Shown here one piece after another: positions 52,632 through 64,000 of a stretch of DNA of 64,000 nucleotides. Each line of letters starts with the position of its first letter. Within the stretch, counting starts at the first letter, position 1. Below the pieces are notes generated by a model, which made no database searches, was not told the origin of the DNA, and saw only the letters and a list, made by a program, of their open reading frames with translations. A program made the position numbers and the translations under genes. Source of the DNA: Dendrobates tinctorius (lineage: Eukaryota); contig NW_027361819.1 in NCBI RefSeq assembly GCF_039654945.1, forward strand, positions 2,418,001 to 2,482,000, given 5' to 3'.

Positions 52632-55600
52632 GGGTGATCAAGTTGGATGGCCAACTTCTTACCACTGCTATCACCTCCACCTGGGGAGGGGTCGGACACC
52701 TTCCTTTTCAGGGAAGCTCCCGTTGTGTCCATCCCACCCCCCCCGGTGTCCTCGCCCCTGGGTTCCAGGTCTGTCCCCCCCCCAGGAGGAACACTGCCCC
52801 CTGAGGGACGGACCCCACCATCCCCCGAAGGACCCTCCGGTGGTACCCCCGGCCCAGCATCCTCGTCTTGCGGCCCATCATCCGAGCCTCCGAGGACGCT
52901 GAACCGGTTGGAGAGATCAATCAGAGGGGGGTCAGCGGGCCCTTCCGTGCGCACCCTGGTGGTCGGGGGCGGGGGAGATTTTGAAGGCTTGCCAGCCTTC
53001 TTCCCCCCCGATTTGTTACGATTGGCATGTTTACTTTTGCCACCCGCTGCTGTAGGCTGCTCCTGGACCTCCTCATCAACACTTTCATACTGTGAGGACC
53101 CGTCCGAGTCAGCCGCTTTATCCTCCCTCTCCATCCTCCTGATCTCCTCTCTCACCACACTCTCCCTCAGGACCTCAGAGGCTTTTGCCACGGGCCTGGA
53201 GGGAGGAGCAGGCATCGACCCGGTTGCCCGAGACTTCACCTGCCCCCCACCCCCATGGCGTTTTTCTTGCCTCCGCACGTACGCGGGGCCCCTCACCTTG
53301 GCATTGCCCTTCCTCACCGGTCCCTCAGCCCCTTCCCCTCTGCCACCACCTGCCACAGCTGCAGGAGCGCCGCCAGAGGTTTCTCCCTCACGGACTCCTC
53401 CCGCCGGGCCTGCAGCGGCATTAGAAAAGGAGCGAGGGCAGCGGCTGAGAGGGTGACCTAGGTCACCACACAAGTGACACCGAATGTCTTTACACGAGGC
53501 GGCCAGATGACCTACCCCACCACACAAGGCACATTTCTGTACCTTGCAGCTAGCGCTGAAGTGAGTGGGGTCGCCGCACTTGTGGCAGACCTTCGGTTGC
53601 CCCTGGTAGAAGACCAGGATCCTGTCCCTTCCCAGGAACGCCGAGGAAGGGATGTGGGTGACCGTGCCGCCGGAAACCTTCAGTTTAACCATGAAGGTCC
53701 AGCCCCCCGACCAGATGCCGAATTCGTCCCTGTTCTTTTTGGGGACCTCGGTGACTTCCCCGTAACGGGAAAGCCACGTCATAATGTCCACGCCGGCAAG
53801 TGACTCGTTACAAGTGACCACAGTCACTCACTTGACGGAATTTTGGCGAGACACCGCTTGCGCAACGAAGTCTCGCCATCCGGGCTCTTCCCGCACCAGC
53901 TCATAGTTAGACCAGAAGAGCTCAAGCCCCTCTGGCCGCACAAAGCTGACGTCGAAGAAGCGGGACGCCGAAGGATGTATCAGGGCAAAGATGTCATTCG
54001 CCCCGAAGCCCATCTTAAGGAGGAGCTCCACCACCTTGCTCCTAGGTGGACAAGCTTCACTGCCCCCCCACCTAAGACGGACCACATTCCTCCTTTGCGG
54101 CCCCTGCCCGGCTGTGGGGAGAGACCAAACAGTCCCTCCCTCCCTTTGGTTTTGGAAGGCAGCAAGGCCATGTCTCTCTATCCAGAAAGACAAGTCCACT
54201 GTCCTCCCCTCTACCACTATCGACCTTTCTCCTTTTTTGAGGGCCTCCAGGAAACGGTGGTGCAAAGCGCCGTCCCTGGAGCCCGGAGGCGAGGAGACCC
54301 CCCCCAGGACCACCCCGACCCCCAGCCGCGGCCCCTGCATAACTATGTTGGGGTCTTGCGGCCAGGGGGGCAGACGGGCCAGCCCGTGCACTTTTCTTCA
54401 CCCCCGCCGCCGGCTTGCCAGGGAGCGCCAGAGTCCCCGCACCCTCAGATGAAGGTAGGTGGGCCGGGGACCCCGACAACTCCCCGCCAGCTTTTGGGGG
54501 CAGCACAGCATTACTTGGAAGGGTGGGTGGGACAGAGGGCAGCGGGCCCGCAGCGGCCACGCCCCCCCCGCCGGTCGCAGCCACCCCAGGCAGAGCCGCG
54601 GCCCCCTGCGAGGCCACGGCCCCCCCGGGTGACGCGAGCACAGCGGGCGGAGTCGCGACCGCTGAGGCCACGCCCCCCCCGCCAGTCACAGCCACCACGG
54701 GCAGAGCGGCGACCCCTTGCGAGGCCATGCCCCCCCGGGCGACGCAGACGCAGCGGGTGGGATGACGGCCGAGGAGGACATCCCCCCCCCCCCCCCCCCC
54801 GCACGCCACAGCCTTTGCAGGCCGGGCAACACTCGGGGAGGCCACGCCCCCCTCACGGACCACCGCTGCCACCCCATGCCCACCACTTGAGACAGGCAAG
54901 GCCGGCCACTCCCCCTCGTCGCCCAGCGGCGGCGGAGCCCCCTGCACGGACCCCTTTTTGGGTCGACGTGCCGGAGACCCCGCTCTCACCACAGGCGCCG
55001 ACATGGGAGCGACCAGCACTTTGCACCGCCTCAGCTGCTGCTTGATGTTCTGTTCGCCCTTCCTAGGCTTCTGGACCCCCACTAGCGATCCAGACTTAGC
55101 GGATCCGTACGTGGGGGGTCCAGAAGCCCCAGCACTCGCCGCCGGAGGTGCGGCCCTGGCTGTACCAACTTTACCTGGTGCCAGGCCAGCCTCCCCTGCC
55201 ACCAAGGGCTGAGCCTGGACACCACCACCAACACCACAACCAGCACCGACCTCCATGTCGCTGCCCTGGTCTGAACTGTCACCAGATGCGACAGTCAGGT
55301 CACAACAGTCATCTCTCTCCCCGCTCCCTCGCTGCGGACCCACCACAGGGCCCGAGCCGGGGTGGGTAGCGGGTTCCACACAGCGGGACAGAGGGGCCCC
55401 GGGAAGAGGAGCAAAAACCAGTTGTTCCTCCACGCCTTCAGAGGCCTTACGCCTGCGCCTCCTGTTTCTCCTCTTCCCGGTTGCCTCATCCTCCTGGCAG
55501 ACCTCATACCCAAACAACAGCGTGCCAAACCGTGCTGGGGATTCAGTCTGCCGTACTTGTTTAAGGATGAGGCAGCCCCCCTCAGAACTACTCCCGCTCC

Positions 55601-56252
55601 CTCCATCCTCCCCCTCGCTCCCGCTTTCCTCCGCGTTACTGGAGTCCAGCGGGAGGGCCACCTGCTCGGGGGCTATCCCGCTGCCTGTTACCTGGCTCAC
55701 GCTGGTGTCCGCCAGGTCTTCAGGTGGAGGTGGCCCGGATGTGGTGTGGGCGCCATCTTGCTCTTCCTCCTCCTCGCTTTCCTCCACCTGGACGGGGACT
55801 CCTGACCCCCCAGGAGACCCACCGGCCATGGCCCTGAACCGGTCCTCGTTCTGCAGCTTCTCCTGGAAGGGGCCGCTGCCGGCCATGATGGTACTTCGCC
55901 GGTCCTCCAGGGCCCGAATCTCCCCTTTCAGCCGCTTGACCGTGGCGGTGACCTCCGCTCTCTTTGAGGCAGGGAGCCTGTTTTTACTGGTGACCCGGGC
56001 TCCCTCCAACTCCCCCCGGAGTCTCCTGAGCTGCTTGCCGGCCTCCTCGTACTCGGAGAGGTGGGCATGAATGCGGGAGGCGTAGGTGGTAGCTGGCTCT
56101 CCCGCAACCTTGGAGCCCCAGATGTTAAGGGGGGGCCCCGCCTCACCTCTGCCGGCTGCTGCACCTCCGGGGGAAGGGCCCGCCACAGCCTTCACTTCGG
56201 GGGTCCCGGACCCTGGAGCCTTGCGGCCCCCTGGGGTCCGCTTTTTCCCCAT
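52628..56252 (-). pseudogene. LINE ORF1 (~1207 aa reconstructed; coiled coil, low-complexity region, RRM-like region, 3x CCHC; ZCCHC3-like), disrupted
   Basis: Three track ORFs join if one base is removed from the G8 run at 54298-54305 and the in-frame TGA at 53830-53828 is ignored; CHKCGDPTHFSASC, CALCGGVGHLAASC, CHLCGDLGHPLSRC. Confidence 0.8.
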
Positions 56253-56500
56253 CCCTGGGACTGGCTGGCTGTGCCTTGGGCCTCCTGGTGGTGGATGAGG
56301 CCCCCCACCCCCAGCTGGCTTGCCGGAGGGTGGGAGCCAGGTGCACAGCCCCGGCGCTCAGTCCCAGGTAGAGTCCTCTTTCCTGGGAAGGGGGCAGATG
56401 GAAAGTCCTTGCAGGAAAAAAAAAACCTCCCTTCCCAGGAGCTTAGCAAAAGCCTAGCCTGCAGAGCTCAGCCCAGACGCTCCTCCTCTTCCTGGGCATG

Positions 56501-58214
56501 CCCAGAGCTGCACTCACTATTCTGCTGGCGCAGTCACTGTGTACATACATTACATTACTGATCCTGAGTTACATCCTGTATTATACCCCAGAGCTGCACT
56601 CACTATTCTGCTGGTGCAGTCACTGTGTACATACCTTACATTACTGATCCTGAGTTACATCCTGTATTATACTCCAGAGCTGCACTCACTATTCTGCTGG
56701 TGCAGTCACTGTGTACATACATTACATTACTGATCCTGAGTTACATCCTGTATTATACTCCAGAGCTGCACTCACTATTCTGCTGGTGCAGTCACTATGT
56801 GCATACATTACATTACTGATCCTGAGTTACATCCTGTATTATACTCCAGAGCTGCACTCACTATTCTGCTGGTGCAGTCACTGTGTACATACATTACATT
56901 ACTGATCCTGAGTTACTTCCTGTATTATACCCCAGAGCTGCACTCACTATTCTGCTGGTGCAGTCACTGTGTACATACATTACATTACTGATCCTGAGTT
57001 ACATCCTGTATTATACTCCAGAGCTGCACTCACTATTCTGCTGGTGCAGTCACTGTGTACATACATTACATTACTGATCCTGAGTTACATCCTGTATTAT
57101 ACCCCAGAGCTGCACTCACTATTCTGCTGGTGCAGTCACTGTGTACATACATTACATTACTGATCCTGAGTTACATCCTGTATTATACTCCAGAGCTGCA
57201 CTCACTATTCTGCTGGTGCAGTCACTGTGTACATACATTACATTACTGATCCTGAGTTACATCCTGTATTATACCCCAGAGCTGCACTCACTATTCTGCT
57301 GGTGCAGTCACTGTGTACATACATTACATTACTGATCCTGAGTTACATCCTGTATTATACCCCAGAGCTGCACTCACTATTCTGCTGGTGCAGTCACTGT
57401 GTACATACATTACATTACTGATCCTGAGTTACATCCTGTATTATACTCCAGAGCTGCACTCACTATTCTGCTGGTGCAGTCACTGTGTACATACATTACA
57501 TTACTGATCCTGAGTTACATCCTGTATTATACCCCAGAGCTGCACTCACTATTCTGCTGGTGCAGTCACTGTGTACATACATTACATTACTGATCCTGAG
57601 TTACATCCTGTATTATACTCCAGAGCTGCACTCACTATTCTGCTGGTGCAGTCACTGTGTACATACATTACATTACTGATCCTGAGTTACATCCTGTATT
57701 ATACTCCAGAGCTGCACTCACTATTCTGCTGGTGCAGTCACTGTGTACATACATTACATTACTGATCCTGAGTTACATCCTGTATTATACTCCAGAGCTG
57801 CACTCACTATTCTGCTGGTGCAGTCACTGTGTACATACATTACATTACTGATCCTGAGTTACATCCTGTATTATACCCCAGAGCTGCACTCACTATTCTG
57901 CTGGTGCAGTCACTGTGTACATACATTACATTACTGATCCTGAGTTACATCCTGTATTATACTCCAGAGCTGCACTCACTATTCTGCTGGTGCAGTCACT
58001 GTGTACATACATTACATTACTGATCCTGAGTTACATCCTGTATTATACTCCAGAGCTGCACTCACTATTCTGCTGGTGCAGTCACTGTGTACATACATTA
58101 CATTACTGATCCTGAGTTACATCCTGTATTATACTCCAGAGCTGTACTCACTATTCTGCTGGTGCAGTCACTGTGTACATACATTACATTACTGATCCTG
58201 AGTTACATCCTGTA
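56501..58214. repeat. 86-bp satellite, right array (~20 near-identical units)
   Basis: 86-bp period, also seen as the 64-aa ORFs recurring every 86 nt. Confidence 0.97.
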
Positions 58215-61200
58215 GCTCTTTTTTATTATAAAAGTATCAAAACACAATACATAACAGACTACATAATACAAAACACAATACATAGCAGACAAACAATGCT
58301 CCCGACATAAATATTTGTGCAAACCTCGCAATTTTACCTGATCCCCCAGGCTTTCCAGCCTAGAGGGCCCCAGCAGGATCCCTCCACCCCTATACAACTT
58401 GAAATAAAGAAACCCCTATGTAACACATTCATCCCCTACGCACACCCTTTCACACTCCATTCGCGCTTTGCACCCATACCTATATACAAGTAATAAAGAA
58501 AAAAAACCATATTCCGGCCCTTCTGCCTTAAAAAAAACCATAGCCACTTATACTGGCAAAACCCCAGCACCAGCCTAACACCTCTACGAAAAATTTATTT
58601 ATTTTTTTTTAAATTTTAATAATTTTTTCCTTTTTTGTTTTTATTTATCATCCCCCCACCACACCCAAGGTCCAAAAGTCCATGGCCCATTACACGAAAC
58701 ACACAAGGTCCATCAATGTTCATGGCCTATCACATCTATCTCTTGGCAAAAAAAGTTTATGCTCCAAGAGGAAAACCCTCACCCGGCTCCACCCAAAACC
58801 TATGCTATTTACCACGTGGTCCATTCTTCTTTTCCTTTCCACGATTTGTCCATCCACTTTCCCTTCAGATAAAGGTCCTCTTTTCCCATTCTCACCCCCC
58901 ATTCACCCCCCTCCCAACCTCACTACACCCTCCCATGCACTCCTAACTAAAACAAAAGAAAGTATGTATAATACACAAAAATACAAATATACAATATATA
59001 TCTACATATACACCACATAACATTATTACCATATTTGTTTTGGCTTGCCACCACACACTTTTCTTTGCAGACCCAAGATCAGTGCCTGCAAGCCCAATAT
59101 CCATTAATGCTCTATGTTTCCAAAACAAAAGTCTAGAGTGGCATGCTTTAGCCCACCACCAGGAAAAGGAGTTCTCGAGGCCCCGTCCCTCACTAACTCA
59201 TTCACCCTGTCCCTCAACAACTAAGACTGTCCCTGCTTCTGTCCCTAAAGAAACTGTCCCTATCTGTCCCTTCCTGTCCCTACTCCACCTAACTTAATAT
59301 AACTAACTTTCTATCTGTCCCTCAGTGCCTGTCCCTCCCTGTCCCTATCTGCCCCTACTTCTGTCCCTAGCACACCCAGTGAAACTTATGCTATCCCTAC
59401 CCTCATTCACACGGAGCTAGCTCTCCCTTGAGTGCGTTTTTAAAAGGAGAGGCCTCTCCAAAGCCAAGAGGCCTTCCTCACACCCAACCTTTCGAACTCC
59501 AAAGAACGGACCTTCACCAGGTCACCCAAGATGTTTCCTACCACCTCATCCCTTGGGAGGGTTTTTTTCCGCGTCGAAACTAGGCACCGTGCATTCCAAG
59601 TGTAGAACCTAACCACTACACTGACTAGAAATAAAGTGCACGGGTCCCGGCCACCCAGGGATCTGAATGCTCCATAAACCCACTCAGCGTAGGAGAGGGA
59701 CGCCAGCCGCGGCCAACGTATGGAAGCACCCACCCTGTTGTACACCTCTGCATTAAAGGGACACTGAAGCAGGAAGTGCTCCATGCTTTCCAGCACGTCG
59801 CCACACTCCTCACGGGGACAACCCCGATCATCGGATTTCCTGCACTTCAGGTTATCCTTTACATACAGCCTCCCGTGGAAGCAACGCCAGGTCAAGTCCC
59901 AAAACTTCATGGGGATCCGCTTAGAATTTAAAAGCCCCAGCCCGACCTCCAGATCCCGGCCTGGGCAATCCTTAAGGGCCAGGGGCTTCTGGAAATGGGT
60001 CAACAGGACCCTCCTGTCAAGGCATTGCCTCGACATGGTCCTGATTTCCCACATTCCCAGACCCCACCGGCGGATCACCTTCAGAACCGGGGTAGCGTAA
60101 GCCGGGAGATGCCCATGAGGTGTGCGTAGGTCCTTCACCTGCCCTCCTGTCTCCCATTCCTGGAAGAAAGGCCAAAGCCAACCCTTGCAGGAGATTACCC
60201 ACGGAGGAGCCCTCTCTAGCCAGAGGTTGGAGAGGTTAGTCTTAAGAAAGGTGTTTACTAGAAACACCACCGGGTTTACCATACCCAACCCGCCTAGTCT
60301 CCTCGTACGGTATGTAACCTCCCTCTTGATTAGGTTAAGCCTATTCCCCCATAACAATTGGAGAAACAGGCTATAGACCCGTGTCCAGAGAGGTTCCGGC
60401 AAGATGCACACACTGCCCAGGTATATTAATAAAGGGAGCAGAAAGCCTTTAGCCAGGGCAACCCTTTCCCTCAGGGTTAAAGACCAACCCTTCCATTGGT
60501 CCACCTTTTGGGCAGCGATCTTAAGTCTGCCCTCCCAATTTTGCTGGGGGTAATCCCCGGGGCCAAATTCGATGCCTAGAATTTTGGCGGTGGCCTGGGG
60601 CCCTGGAAGGGTGTCCGGGAGATCAAACCTGGGATCTCCCCCTCCCAGCCAGAGACTTTCACACTTATCCCGGTTGATCATGGACCCGGATGCCTCCGAG
60701 TAGCGCACTACCTCCGACATGACCCAATCCGCCTCCCTTCTCGAGGACACGAAAAGGGAAACATCATCGGCATACGCCACCACCCTCAGAGAGGACCCAG
60801 AGCCCGCCTGGTCCATCCCGACTCCCGCCAACGGTCCACGATCTACCCTCCTTAGGAAGGGATCGATCGCGAACACGTATAAAAGCGGGCTCAGCGGACA
60901 GCCCTGACGGACCCCAGAACCCACCTCAAAAGGGCGACCTGACCAACCGTTCACCAGCGGAAAAGTCTCAGCCCCTTGGTACAAGATCTCTAACCATTTT
61001 ACAAACCTCCCAGGCAGACCATACCTCAAAAGGACGGACCAGAGGTACTCGTGGTTGACCCGGTCAAAGGCTTTCGCTTGATCTAATGACAGCAAGTACC
61101 CCCTCCAGTGACCTGCCCTACCCTGCTCCACTGCCTCTCGGACACCGAGCACAGCACTAAAAGTACTGCGGCCCGGAACAGAGCAATGCTGGGCCCCTGA

Positions 61201-64000
61201 AAGGAGCCGGGGTGCAAACTTCACCAGCCGATTAAACAGCACCTTGGCCAGAACCTTCCGGTCCGTATCGAGAAGCGCTATGGGACGCCAATTCTCGATA
61301 CGGGACGGATCCTTACCCTTTGACAGAATAATGAGGGCTGACTTCCTCATTGAGTCGGGAAGAGTGCCCGAGGAGAGACACTCATTAAATACCCCTGTCA
61401 AGAGGGGGACCAAGGAGTCCCTAAAAGTCTTATAGAACTCGGATGTTAAGCCATCCGGACCTGGCGATTTCTTGGGCCGAAGCCCATCAATAGCCAGTCT
61501 CACTTCCTCTTCCCTGATTTCCTCTGCCAAAACACCAAGAGAGGGATCACCCCCTGGCTCAGGGACGGTTTCAGCCAGGAAAGCCGACATCCTGTCCCGA
61601 TCCAGATCCTTCTTTTCCAAGAGGTGTGAGTAGAAGGATCTGACCACCTCCAGGATCCCTGATTTGGATCTGTTCAGGGACCCCGTACTGTCGATCAGTC
61701 CTGTCACCATCTTACAATTCACTGACATCTTACAGTTTCTGTAAGGGTCGGGTGAGCGGTATTTCCCGAAGTCCCTCTCAAAAACTAAAGATGTGTGTCT
61801 ATCATACTGACACCTCTTGAGCAAAGATTTCACTCTGGAGATTTCCTCACGGTCACCTCCAGTCGAGACAAGCTGCTCGAGTTTCCTCCCCAGGGCCTGG
61901 TACAAGCGGTGCCTGTTCAGACTCCTGAGGCTCGAGAGCTGACGGAAGAACCCCGCCACCCGCTTTTTGAAGATCTCCCACCACTCTGACTTACTACTAC
62001 AGAGATCCAACAGCGGTTCCTGGCTCTGAAGAAAGTCCTCGAAGGATTGTCTCACCTCCGCTTCTTCCAGCAGGGACGAATTGAGCTTCCACAGCCCTCT
62101 TCCCATCCGATGAGTCTCTGCAACATTCAGAGAAAAGAAAATTAGACAGTGATCGGAGAACTCCACCTCAACGGCGGACACAGCAGAAAAGATGGCGTCC
62201 TCCTTCAAAAAAAAACCTGTCTATTCTAGACCTACAGCTACCCCTATGGTAGGTGAAACCTCCGTGACCTGGGGTGTGCCGGATGTGGACATCCACCAGG
62301 CGAGCTTCGCTGGCTATGCTATTCAAAGCGACGCTATCATAAGCCAGGCGATCTCCGGGACCCCCCCGGTCACGGGACCTCGTAATGGTGTTGAAGTCCC
62401 CACCGAAGACCACCTGCCGGCTCGTAAAAAGAAAGGGCTTGATCCTCAGGAAGAGACATTTGCGGTCCCACTTGGACTGCGGGCCGTAGATGTTGATGAG
62501 CCGGAGCTCTTGTCCCCTCATGAAGACATCTAGGATCAGGCACCTCCCCATTTCCAACTCAGTAACCCGTCGGCATTCAACAGCTGCAGTCTTAAAAAGG
62601 ACTGCCACCCCGCTATACGGCTCGGCCGCAAGAGACCAGTATGAGGGCCCGCACCTCCACTCCCTCCGTGCTTTATAGATGGCCCCCATGTCTGTTAGTC
62701 TGGTCTCTTGCAAGAATAAAATTTCTGCCTCAATCCGGGAGAAAAAATCAAAGGCCGTGAAACGAGCCGCATCTGACTTTATGCTGGCAACATTAATAGA
62801 TGCCAGCGTCAACGGGGCGAGTTCCGCCATCATGGGTGATCAAGTTGGATGGCCAACTTCTTACCACTGCTATCACCTCCACCTGGGGAGGGGTCGGACA
62901 CCTTCCTTTTCAGGGAAGCTCCCGTTGTGTCCATCCCACCCCCCCCCGGTGTCCTCGCCCCCGGGTTCCAGGTCTGTCCCCCCCCCCCAGGAGGAACACT
63001 GCCCCCTGAGGGACGGACCCCACCATCCCCCGAAGGACCCTCCGGTGGTACCCCCGGCCCAGCATCCTCGTCTTGCGGCCCATCATCCGAGCCTCCGAGG
63101 ACGCTGAACCGGTTGGAGAGATCAATCAGAGGGGGGTCAGCGGGCCCTTCCGTGCGCACCCTGGTGGTCGGGGGCGGGGGAGATTTTGAAGGCTTGCCAG
63201 CCTTCTTCCCCCCCCGATTTGTTACGATTGGCACGTTTACTTTTGCCACCCGCTGCTGTAGGCTGCTCCTGGACCTCCTCATCAACACTTTCATACTGTG
63301 AGGACCCGTCCGAGTCAGCCGCTTTATCCTCCCTCTCCATCCTCCTGATCTCCTCTCTCACCACACTCTCCCTCAGGACCTCAGAGGCTTTTGCCACGGG
63401 CCTGGAGGGAGGAGCAGGCATCGACCCGGTTGCCCGAGACTTCACCTGCCCCCCACCCCCATGGCGATTTCTTGCCTCCGCACGTACGCGGGGCCCCTCA
63501 CCTTGGCATTGCCCTTCCTCACCGGTCCCTCAGCCCCTTCCCCTCCGCCACCACCTGCCACAGCTGCAGGAGCGCCGCCAGAGGTTTCTCCCTCACGGAC
63601 TCCTCCCGCCGGGCCTGCAGCGGCATTAGAAAAGGAGCGAGGGCAGCGGCTGAGAGGGTGACCTAGGTCACCACACAAGTGACACCGAATGTCCTTACAC
63701 GAGGCGGCCAGATGACCTACCCCACCACACAAGGCACATTTCTGTACCTTGCAGCTAGCGCTGAAGTGAGTGGGGTCGCCGCACTTGTGGCAGACCTTCG
63801 GTTGCCCCTGGTAGAAGACCAGGATCCTGTCCCTTCCCAGGAACGCCGAGGAAGGGATGTGGGTGACCGTGCCGCCGGAAACCTTCAGTTTAACCATGAA
63901 GGTCCAGCCCCCCGACCAGATGCCGAATTCGTCCCTGTTCTTTTTGGGGACCTCGGTGACTTCCCCGTAACGGGAAAGCCACGTCATAATGTCCACGCCG
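58215..64000 (-). mobile_element. Tx1-clade LINE, copy 2 (5' part runs off the window)
   Basis: ORF region nearly identical to copy 1; ORF2 62833-59440 broken by A9 versus A8 near 62207-62215; ORF1 C-terminal part has small indels; 3' end AATAAAAAAGAGC abuts the satellite. Confidence 0.92.

Larger units (their letters stand above)
47823..56500 (-). mobile_element. Apparently full-length Tx1-clade (L1 group) non-LTR retrotransposon, copy 1
   Basis: ~250-bp 5' UTR, long ORF1 with three CCHC knuckles, ORF2 with APE+RT, ~1.4-kb 3' UTR ending AATAAAAGAGA; 86-bp satellite on both sides; N gap at 48244-48419. Confidence 0.9.

Noticed and set aside
52647-56561. Plus-strand ORFs of 166-400 aa antisense to LINE ORF1
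   Set aside because: Shadow ORFs expected in GC-rich coding DNA; no domains, and the 269-aa frame is not preserved in copy 2.
56501-58214. CRISPR-like array or tandem 64-aa genes next to a reverse transcriptase
   Set aside because: Units are near-identical with no unique spacers, there are no cas genes, and the context is eukaryotic; the same applies to the 36-bp array at 1-6290.
62168-62220. Programmed frameshift splitting APE from RT in LINE copy 2
   Set aside because: Copy 1 is continuous here; a single extra base in a homopolymer is best read as a mutation or sequencing error.

Overview
Vertebrate genomic DNA, most likely from a frog (inferred from the repeat repertoire, not proven). 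It holds four spliced genes in the order NUPR1(-), SGF29(+), SLX1(-), BOLA2(+, last exon outside the window). This is the block known from mammalian 16p11.2 / mouse chr7, but with no SULT1A gene between SGF29 and SLX1. Introns are heavily inflated by tandem repeats (36, 41, 23, ~35 G/C-rich, 34 and 81/86 bp units); these produce the giant ORFs in the ORF track, which are spurious. Mobile elements: three Tc1/mariner elements (one decayed IR/DR type, one intact DD36E/Incomer-type, one intact DD34E), a Penelope-like element with inverted terminal repeats carrying decayed hammerhead-like motifs, three MITEs, and two copies of a Tx1-clade LINE. Most notable: (1) both Tx1 copies abut the same nucleotide of the 86-bp satellite in the same orientation despite divergent 3' UTRs, suggesting a satellite-targeting retrotransposon; (2) apparent Tc1 excision footprints (TA-CTG-TA) lie at array positions paralogous to the occupied Tc1 site; (3) the 36-bp satellite reverses orientation exactly at a Tc1 element.
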